63,900 bases of DNA from a virus. Its lineage: Duplodnaviria; Caudoviricetes. Each line of letters opens with the position of its first letter. Positions within the stretch are counted from its first letter, which is position 1. Position numbers and translations under genes: made by a program. The stretch lies in the IMG/VR virus record IMGVR_UViG_3300022745_000034, positions 1-63,900 of that record. The stretch is one strand, 5' to 3'. The notes under the pieces were generated by a model. It did no database searches, had not been told where the DNA came from, and saw only the letters and a program-made list of their open reading frames with translations. Shown here piece after piece: positions 19,102 through 27,798 of this stretch.

Positions 19102-19509
19102 TTACTTGCCCTTGAACTCGTACACGGTCACAACGTCAAGCTGGCCGGTGGCGGCTCCACCGCCAACGGTGGCGATGATGTAGGCGTCGTAGGCCATGGT
19201 CACCGGAGCGGAACCAGAGCGGGCCGACCCTGCGGCGGTAGCCACGTCGGTTGCAGCCAGGAAGGCAGCATCGTTGCCACCGGATTCGCCGTTGACGTAC
19301 TCGTAACCGACTTTGAGGGTCGTGCCGGTGCCAAGGTCAGCAAACACCATTTTCAGATCAACGATCTTGGTGCCTTGATAGACCTTGTTCAAACGAATCT
19401 TGTCGCCGATTTGAGCGGCAGCAAGCGCGATGTAGCCGTGTGCCTGGGCCAGAGGGCATTCACCGCTGTAAACGATGTCTTGCAAGGAGGGGGCGTTAAT
19501 AGTTGCCAT
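19102..19509 (-). CDS. Capsid decoration/minor capsid protein
   Basis: 135 aa, beta-rich, immediately downstream of the major capsid gene. Confidence 0.6.
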   Translation of the reverse strand: MATINAPSLQDIVYSGECPLAQAHGYIALAAAQIGDKIRLNKVYQGTKIVDLKMVFADLGTGTTLKVGYEYVNGESGGNDAAFLAATDVATAAGSARSGSAPVTMAYDAYIIATVGGGAATGQLDVVTVYEFKGK

Positions 19510-19565
19510 CTTAGATTCTCCAAAAATGTTTCAGGTGTTAAGAAAAGCCCAACTACCAAAAGGCA

Positions 19566-19582
19566 GTTGAGCCATTCTCAAT
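19566..19582. promoter_or_regulatory. Operator palindrome GTTGAG-N5-CTCAAT
   Basis: Immediately after the major capsid stop codon. Confidence 0.6.
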
Positions 19583-20850
19583 TAGGAGCCCAGCAGCGTG
19601 CGGCCAGCAGCCGATGCAGGATCGGGTGCGTAGCTGTCCAACACTGCCACACCGAAGTCGGTGTCGGCGCCGTCGATCTTGAAGCGCACCTTGGCAGCAC
19701 CAGTCATTGCAGCAGCAACGGTTTCGATGCTGTTGCCGTGGTCAACTTCCTTCTCCGACCAGTCGTAGAAGTAGTCAGATGCGCTCTTGCCGTAGGCTTT
19801 GGCCAAGGCCTGGGCGCCCACGATGATGGCGCGGTCCACCGGTTGCCCGGTCGTAACCGTGCTCTCGGTGTAGGTCAGGCCGTCTGCGCCGCCAGTGTCC
19901 TTCACCACGGAGTCACCTGCATTGAAACGGATGGCGTAACGGTTCATGCGCTTGATGAGCACGCCGTTCCACATGATCGTTTCATAAGCATCGAACAGGG
20001 GATGCTTGACGCCACCGGACTTGCGCTCGAAAGCGTACTGCACGGCTTGGCGCCATGTAGTCTGGCTGGTACGCGACTGGAGGTACAGCCACTGGCGTTC
20101 TGTCACGAACATCACCCACAGAGGGTCGTTCCATGCGCGGTCGTCGCCTTGGATCTTGACCGACTGCATGACCACGGGGGATTCACGCAATTGGGCCACG
20201 ATACGGTCGATGTCTTGCAGGGTCAGCGCGTCATTGGTGCCGATGTCATCGGGGCCAGTTGCGTCGTTGGCTGCAAAGTAGCGATTCTTGGTCGGTGCCT
20301 TCACGGCATTGACCATGATTTCAGCGAAATCGCTATCGGACTGCGGGGGCACAACCCAGTCGGTGGTGGACTGAGCGCCTCGCGCGCCGGCCAAGTGCAC
20401 CAGGGCAGTCTGGTCTTCCAAGCGCTGCATCCAGGCCTGAATACCGGCCATGGAGATATTGCGCAGGTTGTGCACAGTGCGCTTTTGAGTCATGCGACCA
20501 CCCGAGTCAGCACCGCCGCGAACCTGATTGATCGCAACGTCCATGCTGGAGTAGGTGAGCTGCATCATGCGGCCTTCGATGCGCTTGTCGCCCATCACCG
20601 GCTTGCCTTGCAGGATGTTGAACAGGTCGATACTGACGGTATCGCCTGCGCCCTTTGCCAAGTCACCGGCCTTCACGATAGGGTAATCGGGGCTGGTTTG
20701 GCCTTTGGTCTTGGCCGCAAAGGAGCCTTCCTTGGGCATTTCGCCGGAAAGCAGGTTCATGAAGCCGGGGGAGTGTTGCACGCGGGTGAACAGTCCAACC
20801 GAGTAGATCTTCCGCGCTAGTGCGGAACCGACTGGGATATTGGTTGCCAT
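19582..20850 (-). CDS. Major capsid protein, N4-gp56/DUF4043 family
   Basis: DL.KGAGD.VS.DL...GKPVMGD.RIEG; GGRMTQKRT.HNLR; VHLAGARG; GAQALA.AYG; DHGN. Confidence 0.9.
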   Translation of the reverse strand: MATNIPVGSALARKIYSVGLFTRVQHSPGFMNLLSGEMPKEGSFAAKTKGQTSPDYPIVKAGDLAKGAGDTVSIDLFNILQGKPVMGDKRIEGRMMQLTYSSMDVAINQVRGGADSGGRMTQKRTVHNLRNISMAGIQAWMQRLEDQTALVHLAGARGAQSTTDWVVPPQSDSDFAEIMVNAVKAPTKNRYFAANDATGPDDIGTNDALTLQDIDRIVAQLRESPVVMQSVKIQGDDRAWNDPLWVMFVTERQWLYLQSRTSQTTWRQAVQYAFERKSGGVKHPLFDAYETIMWNGVLIKRMNRYAIRFNAGDSVVKDTGGADGLTYTESTVTTGQPVDRAIIVGAQALAKAYGKSASDYFYDWSEKEVDHGNSIETVAAAMTGAAKVRFKIDGADTDFGVAVLDSYAPDPASAAGRTLLGS

Positions 20851-20866
20851 TTTGTTTCCTTATGGG

Positions 20867-21871
20867 TTACAGGGTTCGGAAGTACGCATCCATTTCGGCG
20901 GCACTCATGCTGGCGAACTTCTCGGCCAGTTGCAGGGAACTTAAGTTCTCTGCGGCCTCGCGCTCATCCTGCGCTGCGTGCTGCCCTGCCGGGAATTCGG
21001 AGAGGGAATTTGGCACGTTGGTCCGGGTGGACTTGGCTGCAAGTGCGGCCTTTTCCAGTGCTGCCTTCTTCAAAGTCTCGGCGCTTTGTTGTGAAGTTGC
21101 AGGCTTACCCGGCAATTCGATAGGTCCAAGGGCAGACTCGACCATTTCGGTGATCTTGGCAAAGCGTTCTGACAGAGGTTTGTCGGCCCAGGCGGCTTGT
21201 GTGCGCAAGGTTGCATCAAACTGTTTGGCCAGTTCAAACGCTTCCTTGTTCGACGCCTGGATGTGCGCTAGTTTCGGGACCGAATCAATCGCGTCCTGCA
21301 CGGTTTCCTGTGCTGATCGCGCTGCGTCGGCCTCGGCATTGCGCACTGTCTCCTGCACCGGCTCCAGTTGCGATTTCAGGCGCTCGGCTGCTGCCATTGA
21401 CGCCATTACCGCTTTGTAGACGGTCGGAAAATCCTCTTTCAGTGCTTCCAAGTCCTCGGGGGACAAGTCGCTTGCAGTAGGCTGCTGCTGGTCGGTGCGG
21501 GCGCTCTCACCTTGTTTCGCCCCTTGATTACCGGACTGCACCATTGCCTCAAGGCTTTTGACACGTTCCTGCATTTCGTTTGCCAATTGCTCGGCGCGCG
21601 TTGCACGGTCGCGTTCACTCTTGAGTACCGAGTACGGAATGACGTGCTTTCCGTCCTTGGTGGCAATACCTTCTGGTTCTTGCTCTTGGTCAGTCTGGTC
21701 CTGCTTGGCCTGCTGGGTTCCATCGGTTACCGGATCGTTCTTGGGCTGATCGTCCGTCTTCGGCTCTGGTGGCGTTTCCTTGGGTACGGGCGTTTCGCCG
21801 TTCTCAAGTTGGTTAAAAACCTTCGCCAGTTCTTCCGGGTCGGTCGTATTCAGATCAATTTCGATGCTCAT
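20867..21871 (-). CDS. Scaffolding protein
   Basis: Acidic and coiled-coil; KDGKHVIPYSVL motif; directly upstream of the major capsid gene. Confidence 0.8.
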   Translation of the reverse strand: MSIEIDLNTTDPEELAKVFNQLENGETPVPKETPPEPKTDDQPKNDPVTDGTQQAKQDQTDQEQEPEGIATKDGKHVIPYSVLKSERDRATRAEQLANEMQERVKSLEAMVQSGNQGAKQGESARTDQQQPTASDLSPEDLEALKEDFPTVYKAVMASMAAAERLKSQLEPVQETVRNAEADAARSAQETVQDAIDSVPKLAHIQASNKEAFELAKQFDATLRTQAAWADKPLSERFAKITEMVESALGPIELPGKPATSQQSAETLKKAALEKAALAAKSTRTNVPNSLSEFPAGQHAAQDEREAAENLSSLQLAEKFASMSAAEMDAYFRTL

Positions 21872-21968
21872 TCACTTCACTCCACGTTATCGCAGTAGGT
21901 TGCGGAAATCCTGCCGGTCGTCACCAATAACCCATGGCGGGGAACAAAACGGCCTTACAGGTGGAGTG

Positions 21969-21995
21969 AATATAGATTCGCTTGAGCAATTCGAC
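21969..21995 (-). promoter_or_regulatory. Putative late promoter GTCGAA-N15-TATATT
   Basis: Copy 4; upstream of scaffold and capsid, just past a terminator. Confidence 0.65.
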
Positions 21996-22010
21996 TGTTT
22001 GCACATACAG
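21995..22010. promoter_or_regulatory. Candidate LexA (SOS) box CTGT-TTGCACAT-ACAG
   Basis: Exact CTGT-N8-ACAG, intergenic, abutting the late promoter motif. Confidence 0.45.
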
Positions 22011-22012
22011 GT

Positions 22013-22038
22013 AAAAAAAACCCCGCATAAAGCGGGGC
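22013..22038 (-). terminator. Rho-independent terminator
   Basis: Minus strand CCCCGC-TTTAT-GCGGGG followed by T8. Confidence 0.85.
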
Positions 22039-22077
22039 TGTGAGTGGGTCCGAAGACCAGGGAGACAAACGCAGTGT

Positions 22078-22350
22078 TCAGAATTCAGCGACGATGTTGG
22101 TAGCACTCGTGCCGGTGGCAAATACCTGATTGACGCGCAGCGGGTGGCGGCCGGCTGCAATAGCCGCATAGGTCACCGTGGTGCCATCTTCAAAGCCGAC
22201 CTTGAGTGTGCCGGCCGTGCCGACATACAGGCTGATCGTTGTTTCTGCCAGCTTGTTGACATCGTGCGGTGTCACGGCAGCGCCCCCGGTGATCGGGCTG
22301 GCAACTGCCTGTCGGTAGGTGTGAGTGCGGTTCTTAATGGTCGATGACAT
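22078..22350 (-). CDS. Head spike base protein (RcGTA Rcc01079-like)
   Basis: AVTPHD...LYVGTAG.LKV...TVTY....G.HPLRV.QV.ATGTSATNIVA pattern. Confidence 0.7.
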   Translation of the reverse strand: MSSTIKNRTHTYRQAVASPITGGAAVTPHDVNKLAETTISLYVGTAGTLKVGFEDGTTVTYAAIAAGRHPLRVNQVFATGTSATNIVAEF

Positions 22351-22376
22351 GGGTTTATCCCTTCAAGTTGTCGAAA

Positions 22377-22403
22377 ATTATGGGCTGTGGTGATCTATTC
22401 GAC
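22377..22403 (-). promoter_or_regulatory. Putative late promoter GTCGAA-N15-CATAAT
   Basis: Copy 3; upstream of the spike base gene. Confidence 0.6.
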
Positions 22404-22895
22404 GGCGAGTAGAAGCAGCATGATGCGGCGCATTTCTTCGGCTGATTCTTCCTTCGCCTTTTGCGCAAAGGCCTCGAAATCTTGGATGATGGCCTGCTTG
22501 AAGTCTGGCATTTCGCGCAGCATTGGCCGAAACATGGGCACTTGGACGACACGATCTGCTGTTTTTACGGCGAATGTTCGGGCTAATTTGCGTTCATGGC
22601 GGTCGATTTCTGGCAGATCATCGGGCTCTGGAGTTTTGGCGGCCTGCTCCAAAACATCCATGAGTCCATCTGCAAATGGGTCGTACTCGCGGCCATCAAT
22701 GACAATGGATTGCAGGCGTTGCGCTATGCGATCTGGTGCGTAGGCGTCTGAGTCTGAGTTGCGGCTGGTTCTCTCGACGTAATGCGCACGTCCACCGCCT
22801 GCGCCTTGCTGTTGTTGAGGTAATACAACAGCAATGAGCCCGCCAAACGAGGCGCCCCAAGACTTGCCCCACGAATTACCCCAGGCGCTGGCCAT
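22395..22895 (-). CDS. Hypothetical protein with N-terminal Trp-Gly repeats
   Basis: MASAWGNSWGKSWGASFG; ends EEMRRIMLLLL. Confidence 0.6.
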   Translation of the reverse strand: MASAWGNSWGKSWGASFGGLIAVVLPQQQQGAGGGRAHYVERTSRNSDSDAYAPDRIAQRLQSIVIDGREYDPFADGLMDVLEQAAKTPEPDDLPEIDRHERKLARTFAVKTADRVVQVPMFRPMLREMPDFKQAIIQDFEAFAQKAKEESAEEMRRIMLLLLAVE

Positions 22896-23354
22896 TTATG
22901 GCCCCCATGGGTCTGATTCCGAGCCTGATCCGCTTATGGACTGTCCCTTTACCTTGCGCATGTCTACCGGGATTGTTGTGGCCATGAGAACAGCCAAAAC
23001 TTGTGCAGCAATATCGGCTGCACTGGGCCCGCTTCCACCAACCGATGAAGTCGAGAACGCTGCACTGGTCTTGCGCTCAACATAGACGCCGGCCACGGGG
23101 GTGATCGTGCCGTTGAGGTTACCGTTGATGGTGTAGTTACCGGCGTTTGGGAACTTCAACTTCCATCCGTTGATGAGGTCCATCTGGTAGAAGAACGCAC
23201 CGCCCAAGTCCAACGCCTTCCACGTATGCGTCACCGGGTAGATGGCGGCAGTAGCACTGTCTTCCCAATCCCGCACGGCAGCGTGAAACGCTGGCAGGTC
23301 AGTAATAGACGCCGTGGACTCGATAGTTAGCGTGGAAGTGTCGAACGTCAGCAT
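22896..23354 (-). CDS. Hypothetical structural protein
   Basis: 152 aa ending GSGSESDPWGP; coupled to its neighbours. Confidence 0.6.
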   Translation of the reverse strand: MLTFDTSTLTIESTASITDLPAFHAAVRDWEDSATAAIYPVTHTWKALDLGGAFFYQMDLINGWKLKFPNAGNYTINGNLNGTITPVAGVYVERKTSAAFSTSSVGGSGPSAADIAAQVLAVLMATTIPVDMRKVKGQSISGSGSESDPWGP

Positions 23355-24835
23355 TACGCATCCTGTGTCCGCACAGCAGTTCCGCTGCCTCCGGTGGATG
23401 TAACGGCCAGCGTAGATTCAAACGGCACAATGGGCGAGCCACCACCGTTACGCACACGGTACCGGCAAGTGAAGTTACTACTGAACTGGAGCGCAGCACT
23501 GGATATTGAGGTGCCTGTTGCCACTGCGTCAATCATGGGGATAAAGGCCGGGACCGATGTGTAGGTCTGGGTAAGCGCTGGGCTGAGTCCAGACACCGTG
23601 GTTCCTGACCAGCTTGAGTAGGTGTAGCGGTCGCCGTTGATGCGGATCACACCAGACACGGGGGTGTCGGTCTTGAGTGTTGGCACTGTGATGCTTGTGG
23701 CGCCAGAAGATCCGCTGACTGTGTACTCTGTGGTGTTGATCGTTGTACCGGTATCGCGTGCCACCAGAACGTAGTCGCCAGACACAACGCCACCGACTTG
23801 GATTGTCACGCTTGTTGGCGGTGTTTCTGTGACGCCTGTGTGGCTGATAAGCTGGTAGTTCTTGCTGTCAGCAGTCTGCACGCCAGTGAGCCACCATCCT
23901 TGGGCTACGAACCACTTGCCACCAGCGAATGAGCCAAACGGGGCAGCAATGTTTTCGGCGTAGGTCTGGCCTGGAAGGACTCGGTACCGGTAGCCGGGGA
24001 TGCTGTTGAACGTGATGGTGCTGGACTCGGAGCAAGCCCACATCAGCGCCTGATACACCTGTGCCAGTGTCAGCGTGCCATCCAGTGTGATGGTGCCTTT
24101 GTGCAGGAGCGAGCCCTGACCGCCGCCCAGGTCTTGTGTCGTGTCTCCGTATGCCAGGGTGATCTTCTGAGTGCCCGGGGTTGCTGTTCCACCAATGGCC
24201 GTAGAGAAATAGCTTGCAGCCACTGTAGGCGTGATGGTTGCAGTATCTACGTTGCTGTCAATCGCAGTTGCAAGAGCGGCAGGTTGCTCGCCACCGGCAG
24301 ACAGGTTCACATCGAAGTGGCTGTATGTCTGGCCGTACTTGCGTGAGAAGACGGTGATGTTGCCTGAATCAATCAGAGCACCACCGGACTTGGCCTGCAC
24401 CAGGATCTGGAAGCTCGAATTTACGTCTGCATCAGCCCAATACTTCGTGAGCTTGCTGCCGTTTTGCAGGATGTATATCGGGCTGGATGACACCAGCGAT
24501 CCGATCACCTTCAAGCCGGTGAACAGGTCGTTGCCCGATGACTGCTCAATACTGCCGAACTTGAACCACTGTGAAGTGGTCGCATTGATGTTGATGTTGG
24601 GCAGCAGGGTCAGCGCCATCGGGCGGCTTGCATTACGCTTACCGGCCAACTCGGATGGGTTGCTACCCAGAATGCTCACTAGGTCATCGCCGGTTGCCGT
24701 GGCGTTGTCGGCCAAGTCTTGCAGCCAAGCGTGAAGCTCAAGTGTTGTGTATCGGGAGTTTGTACCCGGTACAAATGCAGCGACCTGACGGACATTGCCG
24801 CTGGAGTCAATGGTGAAATCTGAGGCTATTGGCAT
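23354..24835 (-). CDS. Putative virion structural protein (spike/fibre module)
   Basis: 493 aa, S/T/G-rich beta protein, translationally coupled. Confidence 0.6.
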   Translation of the reverse strand: MPIASDFTIDSSGNVRQVAAFVPGTNSRYTTLELHAWLQDLADNATATGDDLVSILGSNPSELAGKRNASRPMALTLLPNININATTSQWFKFGSIEQSSGNDLFTGLKVIGSLVSSSPIYILQNGSKLTKYWADADVNSSFQILVQAKSGGALIDSGNITVFSRKYGQTYSHFDVNLSAGGEQPAALATAIDSNVDTATITPTVAASYFSTAIGGTATPGTQKITLAYGDTTQDLGGGQGSLLHKGTITLDGTLTLAQVYQALMWACSESSTITFNSIPGYRYRVLPGQTYAENIAAPFGSFAGGKWFVAQGWWLTGVQTADSKNYQLISHTGVTETPPTSVTIQVGGVVSGDYVLVARDTGTTINTTEYTVSGSSGATSITVPTLKTDTPVSGVIRINGDRYTYSSWSGTTVSGLSPALTQTYTSVPAFIPMIDAVATGTSISSAALQFSSNFTCRYRVRNGGGSPIVPFESTLAVTSTGGSGTAVRTQDA

Positions 24836-25242
24836 TATTCGTCCTTAATCTGGGCAACGTAAATACTCTGGCTACCTACCACCGCAGTGGTGATGGTTTC
24901 CCACGGGATGTAATAGGGGCTGGCACTTCCCTTGCGAACCTTGATCCGCAGGTTGTTCAGGCTGGAGCCACCGGCATAGCACGAAAGAGTTATCACTGGC
25001 GAAGACGTTGCGGCAACACCGTTGTATAGCGTTGTGGTCCCCAGTTGGTCTTCGACCTGAATGGCACTGCCAACGATCACGTTGGTGAGGGTTAGCGTGA
25101 ACGTACCGATTGGGTCGGATGGCAGGGCTTGCCTGCAAATTGGGGAGAACACCCCAACGGACCAAACACCTCGACCTGTCGGGATGCTTGTTATTACAGC
25201 GCCACGCTGCCCATGCAAATACGGTACGTAGATAGACTGCAT
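24835..25242 (-). CDS. Hypothetical structural protein
   Basis: 135 aa with 1-bp overlaps to both neighbours. Confidence 0.55.
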   Translation of the reverse strand: MQSIYVPYLHGQRGAVITSIPTGRGVWSVGVFSPICRQALPSDPIGTFTLTLTNVIVGSAIQVEDQLGTTTLYNGVAATSSPVITLSCYAGGSSLNNLRIKVRKGSASPYYIPWETITTAVVGSQSIYVAQIKDE

Positions 25243-27425
25243 CAGGCCACCGTAATTTCAGGGTCAAAGAACAGGTTCTTGGTCGTGTCAACCACGTTGC
25301 TGTAAATGGCAACCTTGCATGTGATCGGAGTGCCTGTCTTTATTGCTGTCGGAGTAGTGAGCGAAATCTTGTACTTGTTGTGAGTGATGCCAGACCACAA
25401 CGTAGAAGTCCATGCGGCGGTCGAAGTAGTGAGCGCTGCCCCGCTGTTGTCTTGAGACTCCAACGAAATACGCTTACCCGTGGTGTCTATGTAGTCAACA
25501 AGTAGGCCAACGTCCCTTGTGGTAAATGACAATGTGTTGTCTATCAACAGTTCAAGCGTGAGCGTGCGAACACCGTCGGACAGCGAGTTGTATTTAATAA
25601 ATGCTGGGGAGACAAACGGGGAGTTGAACGCAACAGTTGCGGAGACTGGGGGTTTTAATCGGATCGACCACGGAGTAACACCATCCAACAATACAGCGTT
25701 TAGCTTGGGGTACCCGGCCGAGTAGTTCCATTCTGCATATCCGTAAGCTGAGTCTATAAAGAACTCGTTGTACCCAGTGTCAGAGTACCCGCATATGGCA
25801 CGCGAATTCATCGCTGCAACGCCGCCTACGCCCTTCTGTAACATTGTCGGTCCACGATTTGTATTACCGAAGTCGCAGTTGTAGAAGAAGATGGGCTGGT
25901 CAGCGGAAGAATTACCGGCCAGCACTGACCCAGTTAGCCAGCCTTCAAACTTGCAGTTGTAGAAATCCATGCTGCTGACTTGACCGCTGCCGATGCCAAT
26001 AATCGCCGCAGTCTGTGGCGCAGAGGGTGTGGTAACCCTGAAAGTGCATCCTGTAAAAACAGCGCGCCACGTTGAGTTTGAACCAAGAGATACACATCCG
26101 TGGCTAGTGCGCTCTGTCGCCCACTCAAACACGATGTCCGTAAATGTAGTGGGGGAAGATGCGCCGTTTTGGTTGTTCTCAGTGACACCGCCAGCCCCGC
26201 CGTTTGCGATTACATCAATGCTACGAAACGCGGCGTTTGCAGATGTGTAAAAGTTAAGGGTTTTCAGATTGGAGCCAGCACCACCTTCGTAGAACCTAAG
26301 GTTTGCGTTACCCGCGCTGTACCTCTTGCCACGAAGTTCGATCCTCGCTAAGTTTGGGTTCCACGCCATCGAACTATTGCTGTTGGTGTAGTGCTGTATT
26401 TCTAGCACTGGGTAGGCGCCATCGGACCAGATGGTCGAATCGTCTACCAACAACCTAACAGGCAGAGCTACGCTTCCGAATGTAGATCTTACGGAGTAAC
26501 CTCCTGTTTGATTTCTCTGTGTGTATATGAGTTTCCCGCTGCGTATGTAGATGGTTTCACCGTTATCTGGGTGGCCTGCCAATGTGCCGAATTGGCACCA
26601 AACTCCGTAGCCGTTAGAAGCAATTCCAGATGGGAACGCTGCCCCCATTTGGTTAAATAGCAGGCCCCAGCACCCACCCACGCCACCGCTGAACGTGTAC
26701 GGCCCAAACGTGCCGCCTGTGAAACCCGATGTAGTCACCTGACTCGTATTGAACTGGGCTGATCCAGCGCGGGTCATTATTTGCAGCGTTGTGGTTGGCG
26801 TTCCGACACGGGCGAACACTATGTCCTGAATCTTGTGTGTGTACCAATTGGTGGCCTGTGCAGTTACGGCAGAGGTGTTGGTAGTCCTGTTGATTGCCGT
26901 CACCAGATTTGATACCAGAGTGGCACCGCTACCGGCGTTGAACTGGTTGGTGGTAGCGCCAGAGGCGACACAAGTAAGTGTGGCGCCCATGATTGAGACG
27001 GTTGCACCAGCCGCTGCGGTTGCCGCCGATAGGTCAATGCTCACGGTCGCAGAGACTGCCGTTGCATCGCTTGCAGTGCCATCACCGTCTTGCGCTTGGC
27101 CCCAAGTGAGTGGTGTTGTTAGTGGCAGGGCGTACTTACCCGTCAACGTTGTTGATGCAATAGCAAGACTTGCAGTACCCGTTATCGCATTGGATATTGT
27201 GTAGCACCCAACCCCACCGTTCGTTCCGGTGTTGTACGCAGAAATGTAGATGCCGTCAGGTATACCGGCGCCAGTTATCTGTGAACCTACACCGATGATG
27301 CCGCTTGTCACTGCGGTTACCGTAAGGAATGAGCCAGCCGTTGCGTTGTAAGCGCCATTGACAGAACAGATGTACCCCGTGACTACGCAGGCTCCATAGG
27401 CTCCGTGATCTACGTACTTAGCCAT
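25242..27425 (-). CDS. Large fibre/spike-like protein (possible beta-helix)
   Basis: 727 aa, T/G/S/N-rich, repeated F.xC.F motifs (FTGCTF, FYNCKF, FYNCDF); lower GC. Confidence 0.6.
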   Translation of the reverse strand: MAKYVDHGAYGACVVTGYICSVNGAYNATAGSFLTVTAVTSGIIGVGSQITGAGIPDGIYISAYNTGTNGGVGCYTISNAITGTASLAIASTTLTGKYALPLTTPLTWGQAQDGDGTASDATAVSATVSIDLSAATAAAGATVSIMGATLTCVASGATTNQFNAGSGATLVSNLVTAINRTTNTSAVTAQATNWYTHKIQDIVFARVGTPTTTLQIMTRAGSAQFNTSQVTTSGFTGGTFGPYTFSGGVGGCWGLLFNQMGAAFPSGIASNGYGVWCQFGTLAGHPDNGETIYIRSGKLIYTQRNQTGGYSVRSTFGSVALPVRLLVDDSTIWSDGAYPVLEIQHYTNSNSSMAWNPNLARIELRGKRYSAGNANLRFYEGGAGSNLKTLNFYTSANAAFRSIDVIANGGAGGVTENNQNGASSPTTFTDIVFEWATERTSHGCVSLGSNSTWRAVFTGCTFRVTTPSAPQTAAIIGIGSGQVSSMDFYNCKFEGWLTGSVLAGNSSADQPIFFYNCDFGNTNRGPTMLQKGVGGVAAMNSRAICGYSDTGYNEFFIDSAYGYAEWNYSAGYPKLNAVLLDGVTPWSIRLKPPVSATVAFNSPFVSPAFIKYNSLSDGVRTLTLELLIDNTLSFTTRDVGLLVDYIDTTGKRISLESQDNSGAALTTSTAAWTSTLWSGITHNKYKISLTTPTAIKTGTPITCKVAIYSNVVDTTKNLFFDPEITVA

Positions 27426-27798
27426 TCAGAATCTCCTGTGCGCGACCAGCACCAATCAACCCACCAGCCTCAAGCATGTTCAAGGCGCTAACGATGTCTG
27501 GGTCGTCGCTTCTGACTTCACTGGCAAGCTCCATCAAGGCCATGTAATCTTCTAACTGAGGTACAGTCTTGGCAGCAGTGCGGATGGCAATGCGTTCCTC
27601 TTGCGTGAAACGGCGCAGGTATTCCAGCTTGGTCCATGTAATAGCCTTAGCTACAACATCAGTCACTGTGGATGTATCGACCTCTGCGGTGTGGTCGTGG
27701 GTAGCAAACTCATAACCGGTCCACTCAATCGGCGCGTCAGCGTTGTAGCGATAGACCTCTTGACCGGTTTCCTTCAATGTGACGATGTATGTGGTCAT
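27418..27798 (-). CDS. Fibre-assembly-like small protein
   Basis: TKLEYLRRFTQEERIAIR...DDPD...L..LE..GLI..GRA.EIL. Confidence 0.55.
   Translation of the reverse strand: MTTYIVTLKETGQEVYRYNADAPIEWTGYEFATHDHTAEVDTSTVTDVVAKAITWTKLEYLRRFTQEERIAIRTAAKTVPQLEDYMALMELASEVRSDDPDIVSALNMLEAGGLIGAGRAQEILNG

Noticed and set aside
19375-20820. 481-aa plus-strand ORF
   Set aside because: Antisense to the major capsid gene; codon-bias shadow
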